Of a stretch of DNA of 64,000 nt, positions 39,750-52,709 are shown piece after piece. The stretch covers positions 7,998,001-8,062,000 of the forward strand of contig OX597824.1 of assembly GCA_951406725.2 (NCBI GenBank), written 5' to 3'. The notes under the pieces were generated by a model, which saw only the letters and a list, made by a program, of their open reading frames with translations, was not told where the DNA came from and ran no database searches. Numbering within the stretch: position 1 is the first letter of the stretch; the number at the start of each line of letters is the position of its first letter. A program made the translations under genes and the position numbers. The DNA is from Octopus vulgaris (lineage: Eukaryota).

Positions 39750-40123
39750 AGTGCAAGAGTGGTTGTGTGGTAAGAAGCTTGCTTCCCAACCACATGGTCC
39801 TGGGTTCAGTCCCACTGCCTGACACCTTGTGCAAGAATCTTCTGCTATAGCCTTGGGCCAACCAAAGCCTTGTGAGTGGATTTGGTGGATGGAAACTGAA
39901 AGAAGCCAGTCGTGTGTGTGTTTGCGTCTGTGCTTGTCCCCCTCCCACACCACTGCTTGGTAACCAATGTTGGTGTGTTTACATCCCTGTAACTTAGTGG
40001 TTTGGCAAAAGAGACCAATAGAGTAAGTACCAGGCTTGCAAAGAATAAGTCCTGGGGTTGATTTCTTCGACTAAAAGGTGGTACTCCATCATGGCCACAG
40101 CCAAATGACTGTAACAAATAAAA

Positions 40124-40125
<2 letters not shown>
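39750..40125 (+). mobile_element. SINE family A (CpG-decayed copy)
   Basis: Matches family A with many CpG>TpG/CpA changes. Confidence 0.85.
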
Positions 40126-40168
<43 letters not shown>

Positions 40169-40278
40169 CATACATACACACACACATGTATCAGAGAGAA
40201 TGCTTTGTGACATTTGCTCCACTCTCTGCATTGTGAGTTCATATCCAGCCAGGATCAACTTCGCCTTTTATCTTTTAA

Positions 40279-40486
40279 CCCTTTCATTACCATATTTATT
40301 TTGGGATGTTTTGTGTTTCCTTCAATTACTTTAAATATAACAAAGAATTTAGTTACCATTAAGCTAATGTTAATAACATAAATTGTGACTAAGGTTTGGT
40401 TGAAGATTTTAATTCTAAACTTTTGAAAACAAGACATTTGTACTACAGAGCCAGAGGCGGTTTTGGCTGGGTTGGTAATGAAAGGG
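40279..40486. mobile_element. piggyBac-like MITE with TTAA TSD
   Basis: TTAA|CCCTTTCATTACCA...TGGTAATGAAAGGG|TTAA. Relatives at 55164-55387, ~46690-46900 and ~42495-42646. Confidence 0.8.
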
Positions 40487-40868
40487 TTAAGGGCTCATGT
40501 AAATGTGCTACTCCAGAATGAGACTGTTAGAACTGCAGACTGGATATCTCCCAGAATCTGTTCCAGTTTTTTGCATTCTGATACCAAAGTCTGCGACAAC
40601 ACTGGTGCCTAGCTTTGTCAACTTTGTTTTTTTTTTGCTTCCCTTTTTGACATCAGTGAGGAGAGAGGAGGGATTTGTACTCAAGAATAACTGCTAGTCC
40701 CCTATAATAAAACTCTTACCCTGACCTATGCATGCACATGCTAGATATATGGTGATCCCTTACTGACAGAGATGACCCCTGATTGTAATGCATTATTGAT
40801 GGAGGGGATGTTTTCCAGCTCAATGTTGCTGTTGTTACCCAATTTTGAAAAGTGTATTTGTGTAAAAA

Positions 40869-41142
40869 CAGTGGTTCCCAAACTTTTCAGATTGCCACCC
40901 GCTTAGCACCCAGGCCACATTCCTAGCACCTCCTTCACCCTTCCCACCACAAATACAGACCACTTTCAGCAGCGAATTCAAAACGACCGTATTCCACAAA
41001 TCAAAATTAAACCTAATTAAACTATCAATATTTTTGTTTTTACATCTGCCACTCCATTATCATCCCACTTTTCTTCAAAGCATCCCCACTGGATCTTTCC
41101 ACCACCCCCAGGGGTCAATACCATCCATTTTGGGAACCACTG
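40869..41142. mobile_element. hAT-type MITE
   Basis: TIRs CAGTGGTTCCCAAA and TTTGGGAACCACTG. Flanks GTGTAAAA(A) and GTGTAAAA. Confidence 0.85.
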
Positions 41143-41421
41143 GTGTAAAACCTTGGTTGATCTTGATCTAACCAGGCAACAAGCATTCTACCCAGCCACC
41201 CTGCCAGCATGATACCATGTTATTTCCAATGATTTTTTTTATTTGTTAGCTCCAGGGCTATTGGTACCGTTGTTACGCACAGTCGGGGAGATGTGAAGTA
41301 CATCAATATTGTTTTGTAAAATGTCTGTGCAAAACCTGGGTCGATGTATTATGCCAGCAGCCTAAAGCCAGCTGGTTAGATATCCAGTTGTATTATTATT
41401 TTATTTGCTAACAATAGGGTT

Positions 41422-41680
41422 ATTGGCACGTAAAAAGCACCAACCGATCGTGGCCACTGCCAGCCCCCCCCCCCACTCTGGCAGCTGTGCTGGTGGGGCA
41501 CATAAAAAGCACCCACTACACTCACAGAGTGGTTGGCATTAGGAAGGGCATCCAGCTGTAGAAACCCTGCCAGATCAGACAGGAGCCTGGTGTAGCCTCC
41601 TGGCTTCCCAGACCCCGGTCGAACCATCCAACCCATGCTAGCATAGAAAACGGACGTTAAACGATGATGATGATGATGAT
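41422..41680 (+). mobile_element. SINE-like family D, 3' part with (GAT)n tail
   Basis: GGTTGGC.TTAGGAAGGGCATCCAGCTGTAGAAA core and CATGCTAGCAT.GAAAACGGACGTTAAACGATGATG tail. Copies at about 36387-36740(-), 37458-37670(-), 47473-47740(-) and 62575-62872(+). Confidence 0.8.
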
Positions 41681-42867
41681 ACAGTAGGGGAGATGTGAAG
41701 TACAGTGATACCTTGAAATACGAACTCAAAACTACACGGTTGGGAAACAACCTTCTTAACCACACAGCCATGCCTTCTCTTATATATATTAGATAAGGTT
41801 ATTATTAAAGAGAAATAACATTTATCTTAAAAGACTAATTTAGAACCTTTTTTTTTTTTTTTTTAAGGAAAGAAATATGGAAGTCCCCTCACCCCACCCC
41901 ATATTTGTAAGAGATCCCACTGGCATGAAAATACTCCCCCACAACCACCACCACCATCCCCAATAAATTGACTCCTTTCACAATTTTTCTATGCTGCTAA
42001 ACCAGCCCTGACCCAGTATTACCACAACTCACCAGTACACCTTACGTGTGTGTGTGTGTGTTTGCATGAGAGTGTGTCTGTGTGTCCACATGCCTGTGTG
42101 TGTGTGAATCTCCTTTATGATTATAGTTATTTTTGATTCATCTGACCAGCGACTTCACATAGTCCTACAGTAAAAATAGAAATCGACAGGTTAATTGCAA
42201 TTGTCAGGTATGTTAATCATTTATTTATTTATCATTTTACTTTTTGTACATGGGAGCAGTCTTCACTCAAGAATTTAGAAAATTATTCGAAGGGCAGAAA
42301 ACTAGGACACTTTGAGCAAAATCAGATGATGGTGAAATGAGGCCCTTCAATGAGAATTTTGTGTTATGCAACCCATGAATGCAAACATGACTACTTACTT
42401 AAGCCGTTTGTTATATTTCTTTTAAATTACATAGCCTTTATTTCAATTAATTTTGAAAATAAAGAATTTAATGAAATATTTCTGCCGTTCTTAACCCTTT
42501 AGCATTTATACTGGCCATATCCGGCCAAAAGTGTTCTGCCTGTTTTATGTTCAAAATGGCCAGATCTGGTCTCTCACACCAACCCTACAATATCGTTTTA
42601 AAAAAAAAACACAGAGCATTTCAAAATAAATACAGTAAAGAAAGGGTTAAAACAGCAGGGTGGTATCATAGAGCTAGGGGTAGTTTTAAGCATATTGATA
42701 ATAAAGGAATTAAGAAGTTTGCTTGGAAACAATAAGGTGGAGTGTTTCATACTTCCAGGATAAATACAGCTGATACCAGCAAAATACTGGGGTCTAGTTA
42801 ATTGACTTCCCATTCCCCCTACAGATGTTTGATTTAGTGTCTTGTAGAAATGATCATTATACACCAC

Positions 42868-43083
42868 AGGCATGGCTGTGTGGTAAGAAGCTTGCTTCCC
42901 AAATGCATGGTTCCAGGTTCAGTCCCACTGCGTGGCATCTTGGGCAAGTGTCTTCTACTATAATCTCAGGTCAACCAAAGCCTTGTGAGTGGATTTGATA
43001 GGCGGAAACTGAAAGAAGCCCATCGTACACATATATATATATATAAGATGGGCTTCTTTCAGTTATATATATGTATGTATGTA

Positions 43084-43122
<39 letters not shown>

Positions 43123-43260
43123 ATATATATACATACACATACACACACATACTACGGGCTATAGTAGAAGACACTTCCACCAAGGTACCACACAGTGGGA
43201 CTGAACCTGGAACCATATGGTTGGAAAGCAAGCTTCTTACCACACACCCACTCCCATGCC
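42868..43260. mobile_element. Two family A SINE 5' halves in inverted orientation
   Basis: About 42868-43027 (+) and 43155-43260 (-) around a TA/CA tract. Confidence 0.8.
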
Positions 43261-43764
43261 TACATATACATACATACACATATATATATACATACACACA
43301 CACACATTCATATAGCACCATAATTGTTATATACACTGCTATTCCCTTGTGCAAGTGTTAAAAAAAAAAATCATTAGAATTCTATGCTAAATGAAATTTG
43401 TTGTATTGTTTCATTGTTAATAATAAATCGAGTCGTTAATATCTGATCAATTATTCCACTTTGGGTTGTGCCATCATTTTGTTTTTCTACTCACAGCATG
43501 GAATTCATATCTAATGTTATATTTATAAAAGACCTTCAGTCTGTTGCTTAATATAACAGACAATTGATTATGTTTAAATGAGGTCTTGGCTACATGGCTA
43601 CACGCACATCTATATATAAGTGTATATATATATATATATATATACGTATATATATATATATAATACACATTCATTATGAACATATATAATTGCATAAAAA
43701 ATACTTATATTTTCGTTATTGGTTGTCATTTAATGTCACTGAATTATTTACCATTATAAGATAT

Positions 43765-44172
43765 AGGCATAGTAGTGGCTGTGTGGTAAGTAGCTTGCTT
43801 ACCAACCACATGGTTCTGGGTTCAGTCCCACTGCGTGGCACCTTGGGCAAGTGTCTTCTACTTCAGCCTCGGGCCGACTAAGGCCTTGTGTGTGGATTTG
43901 GTAGACAGAAACTGAAAGAAGCCCGTCGTATATATGTTTATGTATATGTGTGTGTGTGTATGTTTGTGTGTCTGTGTTTGTCCCCCTAGCATTGCTTGAC
44001 AACCGGTGCTGGTGTGTTTATGTCTCCGTAACTTAGCGGTTCAGCAAAAGAGACCGATAGAATAAGTACTAGGCTTACAAAGAATAAGTCCTGGGGTCCA
44101 TTTGCCCGACTAAAGGCAGTGCTCCAGCATGGCCGCAGTCAAATGACTGAAACAAGTAAAAGAGCAAAAGAG
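43765..44172 (+). mobile_element. SINE family A, full length
   Basis: Matches family A. Confidence 0.9.
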
Positions 44173-44230
44173 TATACCATTTATACGTTTAAGTTGTTCG
44201 TCTCTGTCTTCCTCCACACACACACACACA

Positions 44231-44440
44231 AGGGGGTGCTGAAAAGTTGCTGGCTTTGGGAGTAAAAGAAAATACAGGAGGATCAGTTAATTATGATTTA
44301 ATTAAACATATTCCTCTCTCAAATACTTACTGCAGCAGTCATTCGTTCTTGCTAAGCCCTGTAAAAGGACTGAGAAGGTTGGGCCTCCAATCTGGCCTTT
44401 CGCAATCCCCTTAAAGCCAGGAACTTTCCAGCAGCCCCCT
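44231..44440. mobile_element. Tc1/mariner-type MITE
   Basis: AGGGGGTGCTGAAAAGTTGCTGGCTTT at the left pairs imperfectly with AAAGCCAGGAACTTTCCAGCAGCCCCCT at the right. Confidence 0.65.
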
Positions 44441-44694
44441 CCCATGGATCAGGCGGAATCTACTTGACGCAGGTTTCCTACAGCCGGATGCCTTTCCAGT
44501 CACCAACCCTCATTTGTTTCCAAGCAACAGTAATATTTCCCCACAACCAAACAGGATCTCACGGAATACTGGGAAATGAATAAACAGTGTGTGACAATGA
44601 CACACATTTACAGCCATCACACAATGTCAACACACACACACACACACACACACACGTACATACCCACATGCAATGGCTCTCTTACATATGTCTG

Positions 44695-45136
44695 TGTATA
44701 TATATATATATAGATATATGTGTGTGTATATATATATAGATATGTGTGGGTGTATATATAGATATATGTGTGGGTGTATATATATAGATATATGTGTGGG
44801 TGTATATATATAGATATATGTGTGGGTGTATATATATAGATATATGTGTGGGTGTATATATATAGATATATATGTGGGTGTATATATATAGATATATATG
44901 TGGGTGTATATATATAGATATATATGTGGGTGTATATATAGATATATATGTGGGTGTATATATATAGATATATGTGTGGGTGTATATATAGATATATATG
45001 TGGGTGTATATATAGATATGTATGTGTGTATATATTGATGTGTGTATGTGTGTATATATTGATGTGTGTATATACTGATGTGTGTGTGTGTATATATATA
45101 TAGATGTGTGTGTGTGTATATATATAGATGTGTGTG

Positions 45137-45167
<31 letters not shown>

Positions 45168-45324
45168 ATATATATAGATGTGTGTGTGTGTGTATATATA
45201 GATGTGTGTGTGTGTATATATATAGATGTGTGTGTGTGTGTATATATAGATGTGTGTGTGTGTGTATATATAGATGTGTGTGTGTGTATATATAGATGTG
45301 TGTATATATATATATATATATAGA

Positions 45325-45360
<36 letters not shown>

Positions 45361-45404
45361 GATGTGTGTGTATATATAGATGTGTGTGTGTATATATATA
45401 TAGA

Positions 45405-45442
<38 letters not shown>

Positions 45443-45516
45443 GATATGTGTGTGTGTGTATATATATATATATATAGATATGTGTGTGTGTATATATATA
45501 TATATATATAGATATA

Positions 45517-45548
<32 letters not shown>

Positions 45549-45566
45549 GATATATGTGTGTGTGTA

Positions 45567-45639
<73 letters not shown>

Positions 45640-45712
45640 GATGTGTGTGTGTATATATATATAGAGAGAGAGAGATATGTATATGTGTGTGTGTATATAT
45701 ATATATATATAT
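44695..45712. repeat. Compound minisatellite (TATAGATATATGTGTGGGTG)n grading into (TA)nGA(TG)n units
   Basis: Seen directly. It is the source of the 389-aa pseudo-ORF. Confidence 0.9.
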
Positions 45713-46328
45713 CTGTCTCTGTATTTGTGTCTCTTTCTCTCCTCTCTCAGAAAGACACTGATAAGAAAATCAGACAACTGTAACATTAGTGAGAACTAAA
45801 ACACATACCCTATTGTTCTCACTGCTTTCTCGATGTTCACCTCACCCCCGCACCACCACCCCTCCCACCCCGTCTTAAGATGATTCCTACTAAGGGTATT
45901 TGCATATTTCTCTAATCTTTATTCCATGCCATTTTTTAAAAAAAATTATTCCTTGCTTATTTGTCTTTGCTTATTTTGGTATTTTTTTTACTGACATCCA
46001 TCATGGTGCTTGATGCAGCCCATCACACGGCCTACTTGCACACACACTATTTGCTCTGCACAGGCACTGACAGAAGAATTTGTCAATTGTAAATGGTTAT
46101 TCAGTATCCTACAAACAGCAGCAGAATTTCCTCAACTCATGCCTTTCCCCCCCCCCACCGCATTACTTTAAAGCAACAGCCACATTGGCTCATGTAATTC
46201 TAGATACAATCTGAAAATGCAAAAAACCGAATGCCAAACCCTGATATAACTTTGATCCAAGATCTGTTTCAGTGTCAATGTCCTGATACTGGATGGCAAC
46301 ATTGACAGCAGCAGCAGCAGCAACAACA

Positions 46329-46655
46329 GAGGCGCAATGGCCCAGTGGTTAGGGCAGTGGACTCGTGGTCGGAGGATCGCGGTTTCGATTTCCAGACCGG
46401 GCGTTGTGTGTGTTTATTGAGCAAAAAAACACCTAAAGCTCCACGAGGCTCCAGCAAGGGGTAGTGGCGACCCCTATTGTACTCTTTCACTCCAACTTTC
46501 TCTCACTCTTCCTGTTTCTTGTCCCCGACTTCCTACGCAACTGCTGAACCTGGATGCGCATTCATCCATCCGTTGATGCTCTCGGTGTCAGGGGTTGACC
46601 TGCTTTCTCTTCTGTGGGTCTTACGAATAGCAAAGGATCACGATTCGGACTTCTC
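46329..46655 (+). mobile_element. SINE family C, second copy, in (CAG/CAA)n
   Basis: tRNA-like head TGGCCCAGTGGTTAGGGC...GGTTTCGATTTCC; body matches 12585-12948. Confidence 0.85.
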
Positions 46656-48050
46656 AACAGCAACAGCAGACTTTACATCGTGCGTAACCCTTAGGTTACA
46701 ATATTTCTCTAGAAATACATTGTTTTTATTTCAATAAATTCTGGAAATAAAGAATTTTGTAAAATAACTCTGTTATTATTTAGCTGACATTTTGAACAAA
46801 AATTAACATCAAAGTTTGATGGAAGGTATTAATTTAGAATACTTTAACACAGGAAGTGTGTAGTATAGAACCAGGGACCAATTTTAAGGGGTTCGGTACC
46901 AGTAAGATTTCACATCTATTCTTACTCCTTTCACTAATGTCTATTGCCTAAATCTGGCTATTGCAATGCTTTGAATTCTTCCTCAGCCAAAAGTACTAAA
47001 CTAGATCAATCCTACCAAGGAACTGCCAGGTTACTTTGCCCTACCTTAACCTTCCAGCTCCTGATCAAGTCACAGAGGTGAAGTTGCAAAATATTGTGTC
47101 TTGGGTATTTTTAGACATTGCTAGAGCAATATTTCTCTCCGAGTCTGGCCACAGTCCAATTTATTCCAGAGAGAGAAATAATAAAGACATAAGAATCAAT
47201 CCCCAATATGAGACTGGTACTTTAACAAACTTGATAACATGAAAGATGAAAACGGAATCCAGTGTTAATTGAACTAAGTAATATTCTTATAATCGTCATT
47301 TTGACTTACTAACAGAATGAATATTATAAGGCAGTCAGTGCTGCTGTAATAATCCAGTTATTTTGCTCTCTTAGGTTCCTTTCATCTATATCAGCAACTC
47401 TTGTCCTGTGCCTATGTAGTTCTGTTATCAAATGCAACCACCACACCAAACTTTAACCACCCTATGGTAACATCATCATCATCATCATCATTTAACGTCC
47501 GTTTTCCGCGCTAGCATGGGTTGGACGGTTCGACCGGGGTCTGGTAAGCCAGGGGCTGCACCAGGCTCCAGTCTGATCTGGCAGAGTTTCTACAGCTGGA
47601 TGCCCTTCCTAACGCCAACCACTTCGCGAGTGTAGTGGGTGCTTTTTACGTGCCACCTGCACTGGAGCCAGTCGAGGCAGCGCTGGCATCGGCCACGTTC
47701 GGATGGTGCTTTTTATATGCTACCGGCACAGAAGCCAGTCATTTTATTGTTAATTGGCTGGTGTTTTATTTGTTTTTTTCTTTCAGTTTAGTGCTTTCTT
47801 TCTCACCTGTGTGAGATATCCATACCAAAGTATTATACTTTCATCTGCATTTTGCTGACCTCTGTTCGTCTATTGTTCATAATCCCAATGATACTCAGAT
47901 AAAATTTCATAGAAGCCTATCCCCTGGCCTTGTAATACAATATCCTAATTTTGGTATCAGTGATACGCAGATTAGAATATCTAGTTCAAGTTTGCAATGA
48001 CCCGCTTATCCTTGTACCTCACAGGATTGTCACCTGTAGCTTTTCTGTAT

Positions 48051-48242
48051 ACTGATTGTCAGTGTATGTTTGGAATCGAAAAGAACTGATTCTCTGTGGA
48101 TATTTGGAATCGAAAAGAACTGATTGTCTCTGGATATTTGGAATTGAAAAAAACTGATTGTCAGTGTCCCTTTGATACCAAAGGATCACTGACAATCAGT
48201 TTTCTTTGATACCAAAGAGAACTGATTGTGTATCTTTGGAAT
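48051..48242. repeat. ~33-bp tandem repeat (TTTGGAATCGAAAAGAACTGATT...) with an internal inverted unit
   Basis: Three to four units, plus ACTGATTGTCAGTG...CACTGACAATCAGT. Confidence 0.75.
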
Positions 48243-49196
48243 TAGCTTCCATCTCCCAAATTCACTCATAAGTTATTTGTCAACCTAGACCTTATCACAA
48301 ATGTCATACAGTGAGTGGCAATGAGATTAAAACCATGTGGCTGCAAAGTACACTTCTTAACATCATTGGTATGCCAGCACTACCAAATTCAATGACAAGG
48401 TTTTGTTTGGCCCAAGCCTATAGTAGAAGACACCTGCTCAAGGTGCCACACAGTGGGACTGAACCCGGAACCATGTGGTTGCGAAACAAGCTTCTTACCA
48501 CACAGCCACACCTGCACATATGTATATATATATATATATAAGAAACACATACACAAAAATGAAGATAATAATTTAAAAAAAGGGGGCAAATATCACAATC
48601 AGAAATCCTTGGGCATAAAGGTAGACTTGTAATAAAAACTTTGAACTTAAGACAGATTTTTTCAAGAACACACTCCCCTATTACATTTCAATGAATGATT
48701 TGTTTAAAGCTAAACTCAAAACTTCCAAAACAAGATTTAATCTAGGATTCCTTATTCTTTTTCTCTTTTTTTCTTTTGTTATTGCCTCATGAATAGCAAA
48801 TGTGGGTGTTGTCACTCAAACCCACACTAATCACCTGAGGGACTTTATTATTGCAGTGTTATTTATGATTTTGAATTGCTGACGCTTTGTTTGGCACCCA
48901 AAAAACGTGCGTTTATCAATTAATTACCAACCCTAAAAGATTATTGGTATTGATATGATTTGCCTTAATTAGGAAATGACGTACGTATTTAAACATCTAC
49001 AAAGATATGCCGCTGAGTAATAAATGTATGCTATCTATATATATATCAAGAGAGAGAGAGAGAGATGTACTTGCATAGCAAGTGACCTGATCTCAGATCA
49101 TGTTAGATTCACTTCAACATTTAAATTTAATTTGCCAAAATATTTTCAGTGCTTTGAGACCGCGACCTGATCACTGACAAAATTTCATGCTGCATC

Positions 49197-49237
<41 letters not shown>

Positions 49238-49560
49238 TACTTGTTTCCGTTATTAGATTGTGGCCATGCTGGAACACCACCTTGAACAAATATATATATA
49301 TATATTTCTTGTTTCACTCATTGGGCTGTGACCATACTGGGACACTGCCTTGAAGGGGTTTAGTCAAAGAAATCAATCACAGCACTTATTTTTTGAAGTG
49401 TGGTACTTCTAGATCTGTTAGTGTCTTTTGCTGAACCTCTAAGTTACAGGGGAGGTAAACGGTTGTCAAGTGATATGGAAAGGGTTGCAGACACACACAC
49501 ACACACATATATGTAAGGGGCTTCCACACAGTTTCTATCTACAAAATTCACTTACAAAAG

Positions 49561-49838
49561 CTGACCAAAGCCTTGTGAGTGGATTTGGTAGATGGAAACT
49601 GAAAGAAGCCCGTTGTATATATATATCTATGTGTGTGCATATGTTTGTGTCTGTTTGTTCCTCCAACATTGCTTGACAACCGATGCTGGTGTGTTTACAT
49701 CCCCATAACTTCGTGGTTTGGCAAAAGAGACCGATAGAATAAGTACTAGGCTTACAAAGAATAAGTCCTGGGGTCGATTTGCTCGACTAAAGGCGGTGCT
49801 CCAGCATGGCCGCAGTCAAATGAGTGAAACACGTAAAA
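49561..49838 (+). mobile_element. SINE family A 3' part, abutting a diverged minus-strand copy (~49300-49560)
   Basis: Family A body and tail. Confidence 0.8.
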
Positions 49839-50150
49839 GTGTATTCTGTGTAGAAGTGACCTGGGGTTAAATAAACCACAATACAAAAGGGGGTAAAAAA
49901 AAACCCAGCTTGCCAAAAATTTCTGCTTGCATCTGTAGATGCATTTGTACATGCACTGAGGCACCCCATCTCACAGACCTTCCTACTCACTTCAGATTCT
50001 CCACACGCAGTCCCACCCAGTGACTCTTTTTCTAATGTCTAAGGTTTGACATTTCGTGTGATAAAGAAAGGTGACCTGGTTTGTTTGAATGTTTTTGTTT
50101 GTCATATGCGTTTAATATGCAGTTCTCTGTTTGTATTGACATTGATATAA

Positions 50151-50181
<31 letters not shown>

Positions 50182-51487
50182 TCTTACAACAAGTTGTTCT
50201 GTTGCTGTCCAATACTACTACACAAGCTGTAGTCAACTAGCTGTCACATATCACCAGTCACCCACAAATTGATTTCTGTTATAATAAACAATCCACATGT
50301 GTGCATATGTGTATGTATAAGTTATGTGTGTGTGTATGTATGTATGTATATATATATATAAAAATTTAAAATTAGGATAAAATCTTGATAAGAATTTATC
50401 AAGTAGTTAGCAGGAAAAACCTCATAAGAGAAAAAAATCCACCAATTTTTTCACTTAAATATATTTATTGTATTATATAGAGGACATTATTACACATAAA
50501 TGCCCCACGCTAGGAGGGAATTAGATATATATATATATATATAACTACCTATATAAATAAGGATAAGATCGTTATTTAAATACCGATCTTATCAGGTGGC
50601 CAGCATGGGAATAAAGACCTTTCAAAGGTAATAATTATTTAAAATTATAATTTAGGGTATCTAAGAGATACCTCCACGCTGGAAATAGCAGTCAAAACTT
50701 GACTGTGGTTTTAGTCAAGTTTTGACTGCTATTGCCAGCGTGGAGGTATCTTTTTAGATACCCTAAATTATAATTTCATATATATGATTAATAAAATTAG
50801 GGTACAGGAAAGTATCAGCTTTGCTAAAAAACATGGTTGTAATATTTTTAGTGAGATTTGTGTGGCTTCAGAGTTATTTCTGACTCTCAGTTCTAGCACA
50901 GCTGGTACTTTCTAGTACTCTAATTACATAAATTTGCATGTGTGGTTTTACGCTTGTTGGCCACTATTATTATTATTATTATTATTCATTATTAATAATA
51001 ATATCTTCATATTTTGTGTGTGTGTGTGTGTATATATATGTGTTTGTGTGTGTGTGTAAATGTGTGTACGTGTGTATAGCGATAGGATAAGATATAAATC
51101 GTTTGTTTTTACCTCTGTTTTGCTATGCTAGCATGGGTTAGACAAAGATGCTGTTGAGGTATTGTTTTACGGCTGGATGTCCTTCCTGTTGCTAACCCTT
51201 ACCCAATTTTCAAGAGAGGGATCTCTTATTACCCTCGGCTTATCTGTTTGTCTGTCTGTGTACGTATACACATATACATGGTGGTGGTTATGATGATGGT
51301 GATGATGATAGACCATCACTATCTTCAACAGACTGTTCTTACACACACACGTGTGTGTGATATACTCACATACCATTTTCTCCATCTCACTCCTTCATCG
51401 GATCTCATGGTTTTCTTTTAACCCTTTCCTTTCTCATCTCATCTGCTTAAGCATTTCTCTTCTCTTTGTCCTTATCTTTACACATAG

Positions 51488-51522
<35 letters not shown>

Positions 51523-51523
<1 letters not shown>

Positions 51524-51789
51524 CGTCGGTGGGGTAACGGTTAGCATGGTTGCCTTCCAAGCAATCGATCCGGGTTCAGTCCCACTGCGTGGTACCTTGG
51601 GCAAGTGTCTTCTACTGTAGCCTCCAGCTGGCCAAGGCCTTGTGAGTGGATTTGGTAGACAGAAACTGAAAGAAGCTTGTCGTATATATGCATACACACA
51701 CACACACACATATATATACACATATATACATACATATATATATATATACACATATATATATATACACACATATATACATTTATATATAT

Positions 51790-51832
<43 letters not shown>

Positions 51833-52045
51833 TATATACACACATATATGTGTGTGTGTATGTGTGTATGTCCCCCCCCCCTCCAACATTGCTTGACAAC
51901 TGATGCTGGTGTGTTTACATCCCCGTAACTTAGCGGTTTGGCAAAAGAGACCGATAGAAGAATAAGTGCTAGGCTTACAAAGAATAATTCCTGGGGTCGA
52001 TTTGCTCGACTAAAGGCGGTGCTCCAGCATGGCCGCAGTCATGTG
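51523..52045 (+). mobile_element. Chimeric SINE: tRNA-Gly(TCC) 5' portion (51523-51577) fused to a family A body
   Basis: GCGTCGGTGGGGTAACGGTTAGCATG-GTTGC CT TCC AA GCAAT-CGATCCGGGTTC, then AGTCCCACTGCGTGG... of family A. Confidence 0.8.
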
Positions 52046-52383
52046 AAAGAAGCCAGTTTTTTCCATAACCAACTCCATCCTGTACCTCTCCATAGCCTGA
52101 AGCCCTGCACAACGGTTGTAAGCCTTTGAGACTACATCGGGTCATTAAGTGCTCATTTAATTATTTATTTTTTGTATTTGTGTTTTTTTTTTGTTTTTTC
52201 CTCTCTCTTCTGTTGCCTAGCAACAAACTAATACTTGCTATTAATAATCAATAATCATTTGTTATATTTAAATCCTGTTTGCTTATTGCTGCTACTACTA
52301 CTGCTGCTGCTGCTACAATTATAGTAATACTTGTTGTTGTTGTTGTTGTTAGATGGCCCCTCCCCTCCAAGTCAGCTCTGATC

Positions 52384-52709
52384 AGAGACCTGAATAAGTG
52401 GAAATCCGAAGGAGCAATATCTGGTGAATATGGAGGGTGGGGTAACACATCCCGGTCAAGCTGCAGCAATTTTTGCCTGGTTCCCAAAGCATCAAGTGCC
52501 GAAAATGAACTTTCTTATCTTCCATTTTAAAGGGTTACAGAATCAACATAGATTATAAGAACATAAACCTTCTTCCACGAAAAGACAGCTTAAACTGTGC
52601 TCTAAATGGAGGTGTAGTCAAATCCTATTTTATGGACTCAAGAATGTTCTAAAATAAATCGGAAGGTAAGCTACAATAATTCGGAACGAACTTTCCAGAC
52701 AACCCAATA
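52384..52709 (-). mobile_element. Second, truncated copy of the deleted mariner
   Basis: LLQLDRDVLPHPPYSPDIAPSDFHLFRSL and the TIR GAACTTTCCAGACAACCCAA-TA. Same deletion junction as 5997-6564. Confidence 0.9.

Noticed and set aside
48051-48242. CRISPR-like regular repeats (also the 21935-22400 minisatellite)
   Set aside because: The units have no unique spacers, there are no cas genes, and the context is eukaryotic.
51523-51595. Functional tRNA-Gly gene
   Set aside because: The 3' T-arm and acceptor strand are replaced by SINE sequence.
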